A stretch of DNA of 64,000 bases from Terriglobia bacterium. GTDB lineage: Bacteria; Acidobacteriota; Terriglobia; 20CM-2-55-15. Every line of letters begins with the position of its first letter. Position 1 is the first letter of the stretch. Shown in pieces: positions 8,846 through 17,526 of this stretch. A model generated the notes under the pieces. The model saw only the letters and a list, made by a program, of their open reading frames with translations. It ran no database searches and was not told the origin of the DNA. Made by a program: the position numbers and the translations under genes. The DNA lies in the NCBI GenBank assembly GCA_963664115.2, contig CAXWPJ010000006.1, forward strand, positions 64,001-128,000. The letters are read 5' to 3'.

Positions 8846-11800
8846 GCGCGGCCAGGACCGTGTGCAGGACCCTGTGCAGGACCCTGTGAAGGACGAGGCC
8901 CAACGGCGTCGGGCACTGGAATATTCCCGGTCATTCATCGTGCAGGCGCCGGCCGGGTCCGGGAAGACCGAACTTCTGATCCAGCGCTTTCTGAACTTGC
9001 TGGGGAGAGTGGATCAACCCGAAGCCATCGTGGCCATTACATTTACGCGGAAAGCGGCGGCTGAAATGCGCTACCGCGTGATTGCAGCTCTCGATGCCGC
9101 GGCAGAGCCGGCGCCGGATTCGCCCCACGAAAAACATACATGGTCGCTTGCCGTCAAGGCCCTCGCCCGCAACGACACCTACAATTGGCGTTTGACCGAG
9201 CATCCGGCGCGGCTTCGAATTCAGACCATCGATGCCTTGTGCGCGACCCTCGTTCGGCAAATGCCCTGGGTGTCCCGCATGGGCGCTGCACCTCAGCCTG
9301 AAGCGGACGTGGCGCACTTATACCGTCAGGCGGCCAGCGATACGATTTCGATGCTGGACTCCGAAGAGCCCCCCGACCGGGTGTCCGGTGCGTTATCGAG
9401 GCTTCTCTCCCACCTGGACAACAACGTTGGCACGGTCGAAAAACTGCTTGCCACGATGCTCGGGAGGCGCGACCAGTGGTTACGGCATGTGGTCGGCAAC
9501 GTTGATTCCGCGGGTCTTAGGAACGCAATCGAGTCGGCGCTCACAGGAGTGATCGAGGCCGATCTTAAGCAGTTTGAAAACTCGTTTCCTGACGAGTTCA
9601 AGGGAGAGACGATAGCGCTGGTCCGGTTTGCGGGGGAGAACCTCCGACGAGATGGAAGCTCGAGCGTCCTGACTGCCTGCGCCGAACTTACGGACTTTCC
9701 CGGTGTTGTCCTCGACGCTCTGCCTCATTGGTTGGGGCTCGCGGAGATGTTTCTCACGGGGAAGGGAACACGGCGTCTTCGACTGACGAAGGCGCAGGGA
9801 TTTCCCCCGACCGATGCAGGTCGTGCGGGGAAGGATCGCCTGGAGGCGATCGAACTTGATCCCGCAGTGATGGACAGGCTGCACCAGTTGAGGTCCTTAC
9901 CGCCCCCTCGATTCGGTGAGGCGCAATGGGACTTGTTGGGCGCCCTGATGCGCCTGCTGCCTGTGGCCGTCGCTCAGCTGCAGCTGGTATTTCAGGCAGA
10001 GGGCCGAGTGGACTTCACAGAGATTGCGATGGGGGCGCGCATCGCCCTGGGAACGGAGGACAATCCCACCGACCTCGCCTTTGCCCTCGATTGCCGCATC
10101 CAACATTTGCTTGTCGACGAGTTTCAGGACACATCCCAGAGTCAGTACGAGTTCCTGAGACGGCTGACCGGGGAGTGGCAGAGCGGCGACGGTCGAACCT
10201 TGTTCCTTGTTGGCGATCCGATGCAATCCATTTATGGTTTTCGGGAAGCGGATGTCGGCCTGTTTCTGCGGGCCTGGACCGACGGTATGGGAGCCATCGC
10301 TCTGACACCCATCACGCTCTCGGTGAACTTCCGTTCCAGTGCGGGAATTGTGGAGTGGGTGAACGGTACCTTCGCTCAGGCTTTTCCCGATAGCGAGGAC
10401 ACTTACACCGGAGCGGTGACCTACGCGCCTTCAGTGCCGTTTAAGCCCCAAGCCAGCGGCCGGGCTGTCAGCATGCACCCGTTTTTTGAGAGCGATCCCG
10501 AACCGGAAGCCGAACGGGTCCTTGAAGTTATTAGAGACTCTCAGACCGCGAACCCCGACCGAAGCCTCGCCGTCCTGGTGCGTTCACGCTCTCACCTGTT
10601 CAGCATCGTTCGGTCTCTTCGGAGGGCAGGAAAGAAGTTTCGCGCCGTGGAGATCGACGCTTTAGGAGAGCGTCCGGTCGTTCAGGACTTGCTGGCCCTG
10701 ACCCGCGCTCTGGCGCATCCGGCGGACCGGGTGGCCTGGCTGGCTGTTCTTCGAGCCCCCTGGTGTGGCCTCACGCTGGCCGATCTTGAGTCTCTTGTTC
10801 ATGGCGATGTTTCGTCGACGATATGGGATGTCATCAAGAACCCGGACCGGGTCGAGCGACTGTCATCGGATGGCAGATTCCGGTTGGAACGCGTGATCCC
10901 TGTACTCTCCGACGCCGTAGTGCGGCGAGGAACGCTGCCGGTGCGGCGCTGGGTTGAGGGCGTGTGGATCGCCCTGGGCGGTCCGGCCTGTCTCGGCAGT
11001 CGCACCGAGCTTGAAGACGGGGCAGCCTATCTGGATCTGCTTGAACAGTCCCTCGACGGCATGGACATTAGCAACGAGAGAAAATTTGCCGAGGATGTGG
11101 CGCGGCTTTTTGCTCCGCCCGATGTCGAAGCCGGTGACGATCTGCAGTTGCTCACAATCCACAAGGCAAAAGGGCTGGAATTCGATACGGTCATTCTGCC
11201 GGGCCTGGGGCGCCGTACACGGGGGGACGATCAAAGTCTGCTGATGTGGCTCGAGTATCTGGATTCGGGCGAACCCCGTCTTCTGCTGGCGCCGGTCCAT
11301 GAGGTGGGCGGTGACAGGGACCCGGTGTATGAGTACCTGAGGAAGGTTCACGGAGTGAAAAGCGATCACGAGAGCACGCGGCTGCTGTATGTGGCCGCGA
11401 CGCGGACCCGAACGCACCTGCACCTGCTGGGACATGTCCGGCTGGATCGGGACGGGGCGGGCTTCGAAGCACCCGATCGGCGGGCCTTGTTAGGAAAGAT
11501 TTGGCCGGTGGTTGAAGCGGAATTTGCCGAGGTGTTAAAGGGGAAGGGACCCGGGACAGCCATTGGGGACGTTTCCGGGGGCTCGGTGCCGAGCGGCGTC
11601 CCCTTGAGGCGCCTCCATATCGATTGGGAACCCGTTACGGGGCCCGAAGACATCCGCTGGAAACCGGCCGCAAGCTACACCGAACCTGAAGCGGCTGCGG
11701 TCCATCAGCCGGTTTTTATGTGGGCCACGGAACTTCAGCGTCGCGTCGGAATCGTTGTGCACCGCATCCTGCAACAGATGTCGGCTCCTGACCGCCTGGG

Positions 11801-12242
11801 CTGGGGTGAGGAATCGCTTCGGATCGCTCTCAAGTCCGAGGGCCTGGACGGTGACAAACTTGCCGAGGCAGCCAGTCGCGTGACTCGATCGCTCGAGCAT
11901 GTCGTGAGCGATGAACGAGGACGCTGGATTCTTTCCGCTCACGAGGATGACAGCCGGGAGCTTGCGATTTCGACCGTCGTTGACGGTCGGGTGCGCCGTT
12001 TCATATTAGATAGAACTTTCGTGGACGGCCCGACGCGATGGATCATCGACTACAAGACCAGTACGCATGAAGGTGGTGGGCGTGAGGCGTTCCTGGATAA
12101 CGAGCAGGAGCGCTATCGCGCGCAGTTGGAAAATTACGCGCGAGCTATGCAGCACATCGACTCACATACTATCCGCCTGGGCTTGTATTTTCCCATGCTC
12201 GGGGGATGGAGGGAGTGGGCCTTTCCCAACACGGGGTCCTGA
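8838..12242 (+). CDS. addA: AddA-like UvrD helicase-nuclease
   Basis: APAGSGKT, ITFTRKAAAEM, VDEFQDTS, VGDPMQSIYGFR, TIHKAKGLEF, LLYVAATR, C-terminal IIDYKTS. Confidence 0.92.
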   Translation: MTERGQDRVQDPVQDPVKDEAQRRRALEYSRSFIVQAPAGSGKTELLIQRFLNLLGRVDQPEAIVAITFTRKAAAEMRYRVIAALDAAAEPAPDSPHEKHTWSLAVKALARNDTYNWRLTEHPARLRIQTIDALCATLVRQMPWVSRMGAAPQPEADVAHLYRQAASDTISMLDSEEPPDRVSGALSRLLSHLDNNVGTVEKLLATMLGRRDQWLRHVVGNVDSAGLRNAIESALTGVIEADLKQFENSFPDEFKGETIALVRFAGENLRRDGSSSVLTACAELTDFPGVVLDALPHWLGLAEMFLTGKGTRRLRLTKAQGFPPTDAGRAGKDRLEAIELDPAVMDRLHQLRSLPPPRFGEAQWDLLGALMRLLPVAVAQLQLVFQAEGRVDFTEIAMGARIALGTEDNPTDLAFALDCRIQHLLVDEFQDTSQSQYEFLRRLTGEWQSGDGRTLFLVGDPMQSIYGFREADVGLFLRAWTDGMGAIALTPITLSVNFRSSAGIVEWVNGTFAQAFPDSEDTYTGAVTYAPSVPFKPQASGRAVSMHPFFESDPEPEAERVLEVIRDSQTANPDRSLAVLVRSRSHLFSIVRSLRRAGKKFRAVEIDALGERPVVQDLLALTRALAHPADRVAWLAVLRAPWCGLTLADLESLVHGDVSSTIWDVIKNPDRVERLSSDGRFRLERVIPVLSDAVVRRGTLPVRRWVEGVWIALGGPACLGSRTELEDGAAYLDLLEQSLDGMDISNERKFAEDVARLFAPPDVEAGDDLQLLTIHKAKGLEFDTVILPGLGRRTRGDDQSLLMWLEYLDSGEPRLLLAPVHEVGGDRDPVYEYLRKVHGVKSDHESTRLLYVAATRTRTHLHLLGHVRLDRDGAGFEAPDRRALLGKIWPVVEAEFAEVLKGKGPGTAIGDVSGGSVPSGVPLRRLHIDWEPVTGPEDIRWKPAASYTEPEAAAVHQPVFMWATELQRRVGIVVHRILQQMSAPDRLGWGEESLRIALKSEGLDGDKLAEAASRVTRSLEHVVSDERGRWILSAHEDDSRELAISTVVDGRVRRFILDRTFVDGPTRWIIDYKTSTHEGGGREAFLDNEQERYRAQLENYARAMQHIDSHTIRLGLYFPMLGGWREWAFPNTGS
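8853..8888 (+). repeat. 3 x 12-bp in-frame repeat CAGGACC(G/C)TGTG
   Basis: Seen directly; encodes QDRV-QDPV-QDPV. Confidence 0.9.
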
Positions 12243-12253
12243 ATCTAACTCTG

Positions 12254-12766
12254 ATGTCGCAGTGGGTTCCAGCTCTGTCTATGGCCGTATTCGTAGCGAC
12301 CATTCCGCTTCTGTGGGTCTTTCGAATTCTTACAGATCTGCCCCAAGCCCTCGTGTTGTCGCACGGCCAATGGCCTCGGTGGGCGAACTTTTTCCTGATT
12401 GGATTGATTACCGCAAATGTGACCGTGTTCATACATGGAATGTACGACGGCGGCACCGGCGAACCTCTCAGTTTCGCGCTGCGCTTCGTGATTTCGAGTG
12501 TGATTTATTTTTTCGGTTTCGTTTTCATCATCCGCCAGTTCGCGGGACTTTATCCTGAGTTCTTTGTTACGGCGGGACGCACAGGGTTCGGCATTCGGAA
12601 AGCGCTTTACAGAAACATAATCGACCTGGACGAGGAATCTGCGTCTCGAAACGAAACCCGGTTACGCATACACATGAGAAGCGGAGAGTGGCTTCATTTG
12701 ACCTTGCCCACCCGGCACCTGTCCGTCTTCCACAAGGCGCTCGAAGACAACCAACCCGAACTCTGA
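12254..12766 (+). CDS. Hypothetical membrane protein
   Basis: 170 aa, about 3 hydrophobic helices plus a soluble C-terminus; starts 11 bp after addA. Confidence 0.75.
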   Translation: MSQWVPALSMAVFVATIPLLWVFRILTDLPQALVLSHGQWPRWANFFLIGLITANVTVFIHGMYDGGTGEPLSFALRFVISSVIYFFGFVFIIRQFAGLYPEFFVTAGRTGFGIRKALYRNIIDLDEESASRNETRLRIHMRSGEWLHLTLPTRHLSVFHKALEDNQPEL

Positions 12767-13015
12767 AGAGGATTGAGGTGACCTGCCCGGTGACTGTTCC
12801 TGCCATGTACGAGGTTTCTTGACTTCGGAGACAATGCTTCATATCTTCGAGGCGCCCATTTGAACAATTAGAGATTGCCCGGGCTGTGGATACGGTTTCA
12901 CGGCGTTGACACCCCACGGAGGGGTGTCGCTGCGAGTCACAATGTACGTGCTACTGAAGTGTCAGACCCGTGAATTGCACACTATGTTTCCAACTCTCCA
13001 TCGAGGTTAAACGCT

Positions 13016-13885
13016 ATGAGGCGAATACGTCTGTCTGTTTGGATATGCGCCATGATTGTCATTGGGGTCACGGTGGCCGAGGCCGAAGGGCAAGAAGCTG
13101 ATGCAGCGATGTTCAACACCGTAAAGCAGAAGCTGGCCGGCGGCCAGCAGGTCGTTGGAGGCACGATCAGTACAGCGGATCCTGACATCTACTGCGCGAT
13201 GGCCAGTGCGGGTTTCGATTTCCTCTGGATCGAGATGCAGCACAGTCCTATGACGTACACGGATGTCGCCCGCATGATCCGAGTCTGCCCTGGACCGGCC
13301 GTTCCCTTCATTCGGGTGCCCGATGCCACTGAAGGGGATATCCAGAAAGCCACCGACATTGGAGCTCTGGGAATCATCATCCCCATGGTGGACAGTGTCG
13401 AGAAGGTAGAGAATGCGATTACTTTTGCGAAGTATCCGCCTATTGGAAAGCGCAGCCAGGGAGGCGGGCAGTACAGAACCCTTTGGGGTCAGAGTTATCG
13501 CCAGGCGGCTAACGACAACATCATGATCGTGGCCATGATAGAAAACCCTGCTGGCGCAGCCATCGCCGATCAGATCGCCAACATACCGGGCGTGGACGTC
13601 GTGTTTGCCGCCAGCTCCGACCTGGGAAGTTTTTCCGGCTTGCGACAGGGAGATCCCGGATACGAAGCGCTGGTTACCCGGATCAAGGACGCGACAGCGG
13701 AGGCTGGACGCAAGCTGGGCGGTCCCGTGGCCTGGAAAGACACACGGGAAGGCTACAGCTTCTTTCAGGGACCCAGCGCGACGGCACTGGTCCAAACAGG
13801 TGCCAGGGTATTGCTGGGTAACCTCACCGACGCGGATCGCTCACCCACAGGAGTCGCTCCGATCGAAGGCGAAGAACGCAACTGA
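13016..13885 (+). CDS. HpcH/HpaI aldolase family protein with N-terminal signal peptide
   Basis: GFDFLWIEMQHSP, IRVP, GIIIPMV, YPPIGKRS, AMIE, DVVFAASSDL. Confidence 0.9.
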   Translation: MRRIRLSVWICAMIVIGVTVAEAEGQEADAAMFNTVKQKLAGGQQVVGGTISTADPDIYCAMASAGFDFLWIEMQHSPMTYTDVARMIRVCPGPAVPFIRVPDATEGDIQKATDIGALGIIIPMVDSVEKVENAITFAKYPPIGKRSQGGGQYRTLWGQSYRQAANDNIMIVAMIENPAGAAIADQIANIPGVDVVFAASSDLGSFSGLRQGDPGYEALVTRIKDATAEAGRKLGGPVAWKDTREGYSFFQGPSATALVQTGARVLLGNLTDADRSPTGVAPIEGEERN

Positions 13886-13968
13886 TCGCCATTTCCTGCC
13901 CTGGACCGCTACGATTGGTGCGGCGTGACTCGAACGGACCTCGACGCACCCGCCAGGAAGATTTAACC

Positions 13969-14040
13969 GAGAGACGCTGAGGTCGCAGAGGCCGCAATGA
14001 AGCACTTATAAAAAGATCCTCTGCGACCTCCGCGTCTCTG
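13969..14040. repeat. Intergenic inverted-repeat element
   Basis: GAGAGACGCTGAGGTCGCAGAGG … CCTCTGCGACCTCCGCGTCTCTG. Confidence 0.8.
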
Positions 14041-14158
14041 CGCTGAGTTTTAATCTCGCCCGTAAAGCCTGTCCTTAGTGCATACTAGAAGGATTACTCT
14101 GATGAGGTGTAATCGCTGATTGTTGCGTACACACGCGATCAGATTTAAAGGAGACGAA

Positions 14159-15103
14159 GTGGCGATACCGAATTACGCGTTCTTTAAAGGCCACATCGTT
14201 CCTTACGGCGAAGCGAAGGTTGGAGTCCTGACACACGCCCTGAATTACGGGACGGGTGTTTTTGGCGGACTTCGCGGCTACTGGAACGATGAGGAAGAGC
14301 AACTGTTCATTTTCCGTCCGGAGGATCACTACCGGCGCTTCCTACAGTCAGCGAAATTGCTATGTATGGAGCTTCCCTACGCGCTCGAGGATCTGGTCGA
14401 AGCCACCCGAGAGCTATTGCGGAAGGAAGACTTCAGGCAGGACTGCTACATTCGCCCGCTAGGATTCGTATCGGACGAGATTATTGGAGTGCGTCTGCAA
14501 GACTTGAACGCTGAGCTATCCATCGTTGCGATTCCCTTCGGCCTATATGTCGAAAACGATGAAGGGGCACACGTGACCGTTTCCTCGTGGAGACGCGTCG
14601 ACGACAACGCCATACCTGCGAGAGGGAAGATCTCCGGTACTTATGTCAATTCCGCGCTGGTCAAGACCGATGCCGAACGGTCCGGCTTCGATGAAGCCAT
14701 CGTTCTGAACGCGGACGGACATATTTCAGAGGGTTCTGCGGCGAACGTCTTTCTCGTCAGGGACGGGAAAGTGATCACGCCTCCCGTTACCGATAACATT
14801 CTGGAAGGCATTGTGCGCCGCACACTCATTCAGTTGTTGGCAGATGAAATGGGTGTGGAGGTCGTTGAAAGATCCGTTGACCGGACCGAATTGCTTGTTG
14901 CCGATGAGGCTTTCTTTGCCGGAACCGGCATGCAGATGACGGCGATTACCAGAGTCGATCATCGTCCGGTGGGTTCGGGACTGATGGGGCCACTCACGCG
15001 CGACCTCAGGGAACTGTTTTACCGAGTCGTGCGTGGGCGCGAGGCGAAATACCGCGAGTGGTGTGCACCCGTTTTTGCAGCCGACCGCGCGCCGGCCCAT
15101 TAG
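14159..15103 (+). CDS. ilvE: Branched-chain amino acid aminotransferase
   Basis: HALNYGTGVF, YIRP, KISGTY, DEAIVLN…SEGSAANVF, ILEGIVR; AAAGGAG RBS before GTG. Confidence 0.93.
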   Translation: MAIPNYAFFKGHIVPYGEAKVGVLTHALNYGTGVFGGLRGYWNDEEEQLFIFRPEDHYRRFLQSAKLLCMELPYALEDLVEATRELLRKEDFRQDCYIRPLGFVSDEIIGVRLQDLNAELSIVAIPFGLYVENDEGAHVTVSSWRRVDDNAIPARGKISGTYVNSALVKTDAERSGFDEAIVLNADGHISEGSAANVFLVRDGKVITPPVTDNILEGIVRRTLIQLLADEMGVEVVERSVDRTELLVADEAFFAGTGMQMTAITRVDHRPVGSGLMGPLTRDLRELFYRVVRGREAKYREWCAPVFAADRAPAH

Positions 15104-15124
15104 TCGTTTCGAGCGTTCAGCGAG

Positions 15125-15158
15125 AAACCCGGAGGAAGTCCTCCGGGTTTTACTTTTT
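15125..15158. terminator. Intrinsic terminator between convergent ilvE and gpmA
   Basis: AAACCCGGAGG-aagt-CCTCCGGGTTT followed by a T-rich run. Confidence 0.85.
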
Positions 15159-15202
15159 CGAGCTGGGTAATCCGCGTAATCGACGGCAAAATCTGATCTG
15201 CT

Positions 15203-15958
15203 TCAGGCCGTGCGATCCGTGGCGGTCTGATCAGCCACGGCCTGAGCGGCCTTTCGAACCGCATCCGGGTCCCCCAGATAGAAACTCCGAATCGGCTTCA
15301 GATTGTCCTCGAGTTCATAGACAAGCGGGATTCCAGTTGGGATGTTGAGGTCGACGATGTCTTTTTCAGGGACGTCGTCGAGATACTTCACCAGGGCGCG
15401 CAGGCTGTTGCCGTGTGAAGCGATCAGGATTTGCTTCCCGGCCTCAAGTTCCGGAACGACGCTTTCATGCCAGTAAGGCAAGACACGATCAACCGTGAGC
15501 TTGAGGCTTTCGGTGAGAGGGATTTCCTCGGGCCCCAGGCTCTGGTAGCGGGCGTCACGTCCCGGGTTGCGATCGTCGGCGGGTTCCAGCGCCGGTGGAG
15601 GAACGTCGTAGCTGCGTCGCCAGATCTGTACCTGCTCCGATCCGTGCTTCTCGACCGTTTCCATCTTATTGAGGCCCTGAAGGTTGCCGTAGTGTCTTTC
15701 GTTCAATCGCCAGGAACGTTCCACCGGAATCCACATGCGGTCCATCTCCTCAAGGGCCAGCCACAATGTTTTTATCGCGCGCTTCAACACGGAGGTAAAA
15801 GCCATATCGACGGGATATTCGGCGGCTTTGATGAGGCGCCCAGCTTTGCGGGCCTCTTCCACTCCCTTGCTCGTAAGCGGGACGTCGGTCCAACCCGTAA
15901 AAAGATTGGCTTCGTTCCACGTGCTCTGGCCGTGGCGTAAAAGAATCAGTGTGCGCAT
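15203..15958 (-). CDS. gpmA: 2,3-bisphosphoglycerate-dependent phosphoglycerate mutase
   Basis: [42 protein letters not shown]. Confidence 0.97.
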   Translation of the reverse strand: MRTLILLRHGQSTWNEANLFTGWTDVPLTSKGVEEARKAGRLIKAAEYPVDMAFTSVLKRAIKTLWLALEEMDRMWIPVERSWRLNERHYGNLQGLNKMETVEKHGSEQVQIWRRSYDVPPPALEPADDRNPGRDARYQSLGPEEIPLTESLKLTVDRVLPYWHESVVPELEAGKQILIASHGNSLRALVKYLDDVPEKDIVDLNIPTGIPLVYELEDNLKPIRSFYLGDPDAVRKAAQAVADQTATDRTA

Positions 15959-16159
15959 AGTTGTCTGGAAGCGGGTGCGAAGAAGTTAACCGTTATGAGC
16001 GGGCAATCGAGGCCACCCCTCAGAACTCGATACTTTTGACTCTCAAGGTGTCTTAAAGGGGCGCATTCGGCGCCCATCTGTGTCCCGACACCAGTGTAAC
16101 ATTTCGCGTATTGTCGGACCGGACCAGTCCTGACCGGCTTTTCCTGTAAGACTAATAAT

Positions 16160-17377
16160 ATGAAAAAGTTCCGGTTTATCCATGCAGCCGATCTGCATCT
16201 GGATAGCCCGTTTCGTGGTTTGGCCCAAAGCTCGCCACGCCTCAGGGATTTGTTGCATTCGGCAACGTTCCAGGCCCTGGACCGCATTGTGGGGCACGCA
16301 ATAGTGTCGCAGTCGGATTTCGTGCTTCTGGCCGGGGACCTTTACGACTCTTCCGATCGAAGTTTGCGTGCGCTTGTCGAGTTTCGCCGCCAGATGGAAC
16401 GTCTGGCCGAACACGACATCGGTGCTTACGTCGTACATGGCAACCACGATCCGCTGAACGGTTGGGGGAGTGAGTTCAAAATGCCTCCGAACGTGTGTGT
16501 TTTTGGCGGTGAGGTCCGGGAGCAGGCTGTCATTTCCCGAGGGCGTGAGCTCGCACGGGTCTCGGGTATCAGCTACACGCAGGAACGCGTTACGGAAAAT
16601 CTGGCGAAGTCGTTTAAGCCGGCACCGGAAGGTGTTTATTCAATTGCCATGCTGCATGCGAATGTCGGACACCAGTCCGGGCACGCCGACTACGCGCCGG
16701 CCGCTATCACTGACCTCACCGATTCCGGATTTGACTATTGGGCCCTGGGTCACGTTCATACGCGTGCGGTTCTTTCCTCTGCACCGGCCGTTGTGTATCC
16801 GGGCAACCCCCAGGGACGCCACGGGCGGGAAACCGGCCCCAGAGGCTGCTTCCAGGTGGATGTCGATACCAGCGGTCGAACCCACTTGAAATTTGTCGAA
16901 ACAGATGTCGTCCGGTGGGCGGGCCTGGATGTTTCCATCACAGATCACACGCGTGTAGACGGTCTCTTAGACGGATTGAGGGAGCGCGCCACTCAGATTG
17001 AAGAGCAATTCGAGGGTCCGACGGTTATTCGCTGTCGCATCGTCGGCAACGGAGCCCTGCATACCGATCTCGGGCGCGACGGTGTCCGGGAGCAACTGCA
17101 GCAGGAATTGGCGACGACATTCGATATCGAATCTCTACGCATCGTGACCGGCCCTGCCCTCGACCGTGAACGCCTGATGGAGACCGAGCCGCTTGTGGGC
17201 GATCTTCTCCGGTTAGTCGAAAGAGCCCGCGCAGACTCCGCTTACAGGGACACTCTTGGGGAGAGTCTGGGTCCGCTGTTCAGGAAGCGGGGACTGCAGG
17301 CTCCCGACCCGGAACGTCTTGCCGAATGGATTGAAAAAGCGGGTGGTCTCGGTGTGGACCTGCTCTTAACTCCTTAG
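16160..17377 (+). CDS. SbcD/Mre11-like metallophosphoesterase (YhaO-like)
   Basis: ADLHLD, AGDLYD, GNHD, ALGHVH, YPGNPQGR. Confidence 0.92.
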   Translation: MKKFRFIHAADLHLDSPFRGLAQSSPRLRDLLHSATFQALDRIVGHAIVSQSDFVLLAGDLYDSSDRSLRALVEFRRQMERLAEHDIGAYVVHGNHDPLNGWGSEFKMPPNVCVFGGEVREQAVISRGRELARVSGISYTQERVTENLAKSFKPAPEGVYSIAMLHANVGHQSGHADYAPAAITDLTDSGFDYWALGHVHTRAVLSSAPAVVYPGNPQGRHGRETGPRGCFQVDVDTSGRTHLKFVETDVVRWAGLDVSITDHTRVDGLLDGLRERATQIEEQFEGPTVIRCRIVGNGALHTDLGRDGVREQLQQELATTFDIESLRIVTGPALDRERLMETEPLVGDLLRLVERARADSAYRDTLGESLGPLFRKRGLQAPDPERLAEWIEKAGGLGVDLLLTP

Positions 17378-17404
17378 CGGAATCGCTTCCCTGGAGAGCA
17401 AGAA

Positions 17405-17494
17405 TTTTCAACACGAAGATCACGAAGGCAAAATGTTCATAAAAAATCCAATCCTCGTGTTCCTTCGTGCCCTTCGTTACCTTCGTGTTGAAAA
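17405..17494. repeat. Intergenic CACGAAG-type inverted-repeat element
   Basis: TTTTCAACACGAAGATCACGAAGG … CCTTCGTGCCCTTCGTTACCTTCGTGTTGAAAA. Confidence 0.85.
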
Positions 17495-17526
17495 AACTTG
17501 AAAGATCTGGCTCGCAGGATTTTCTC

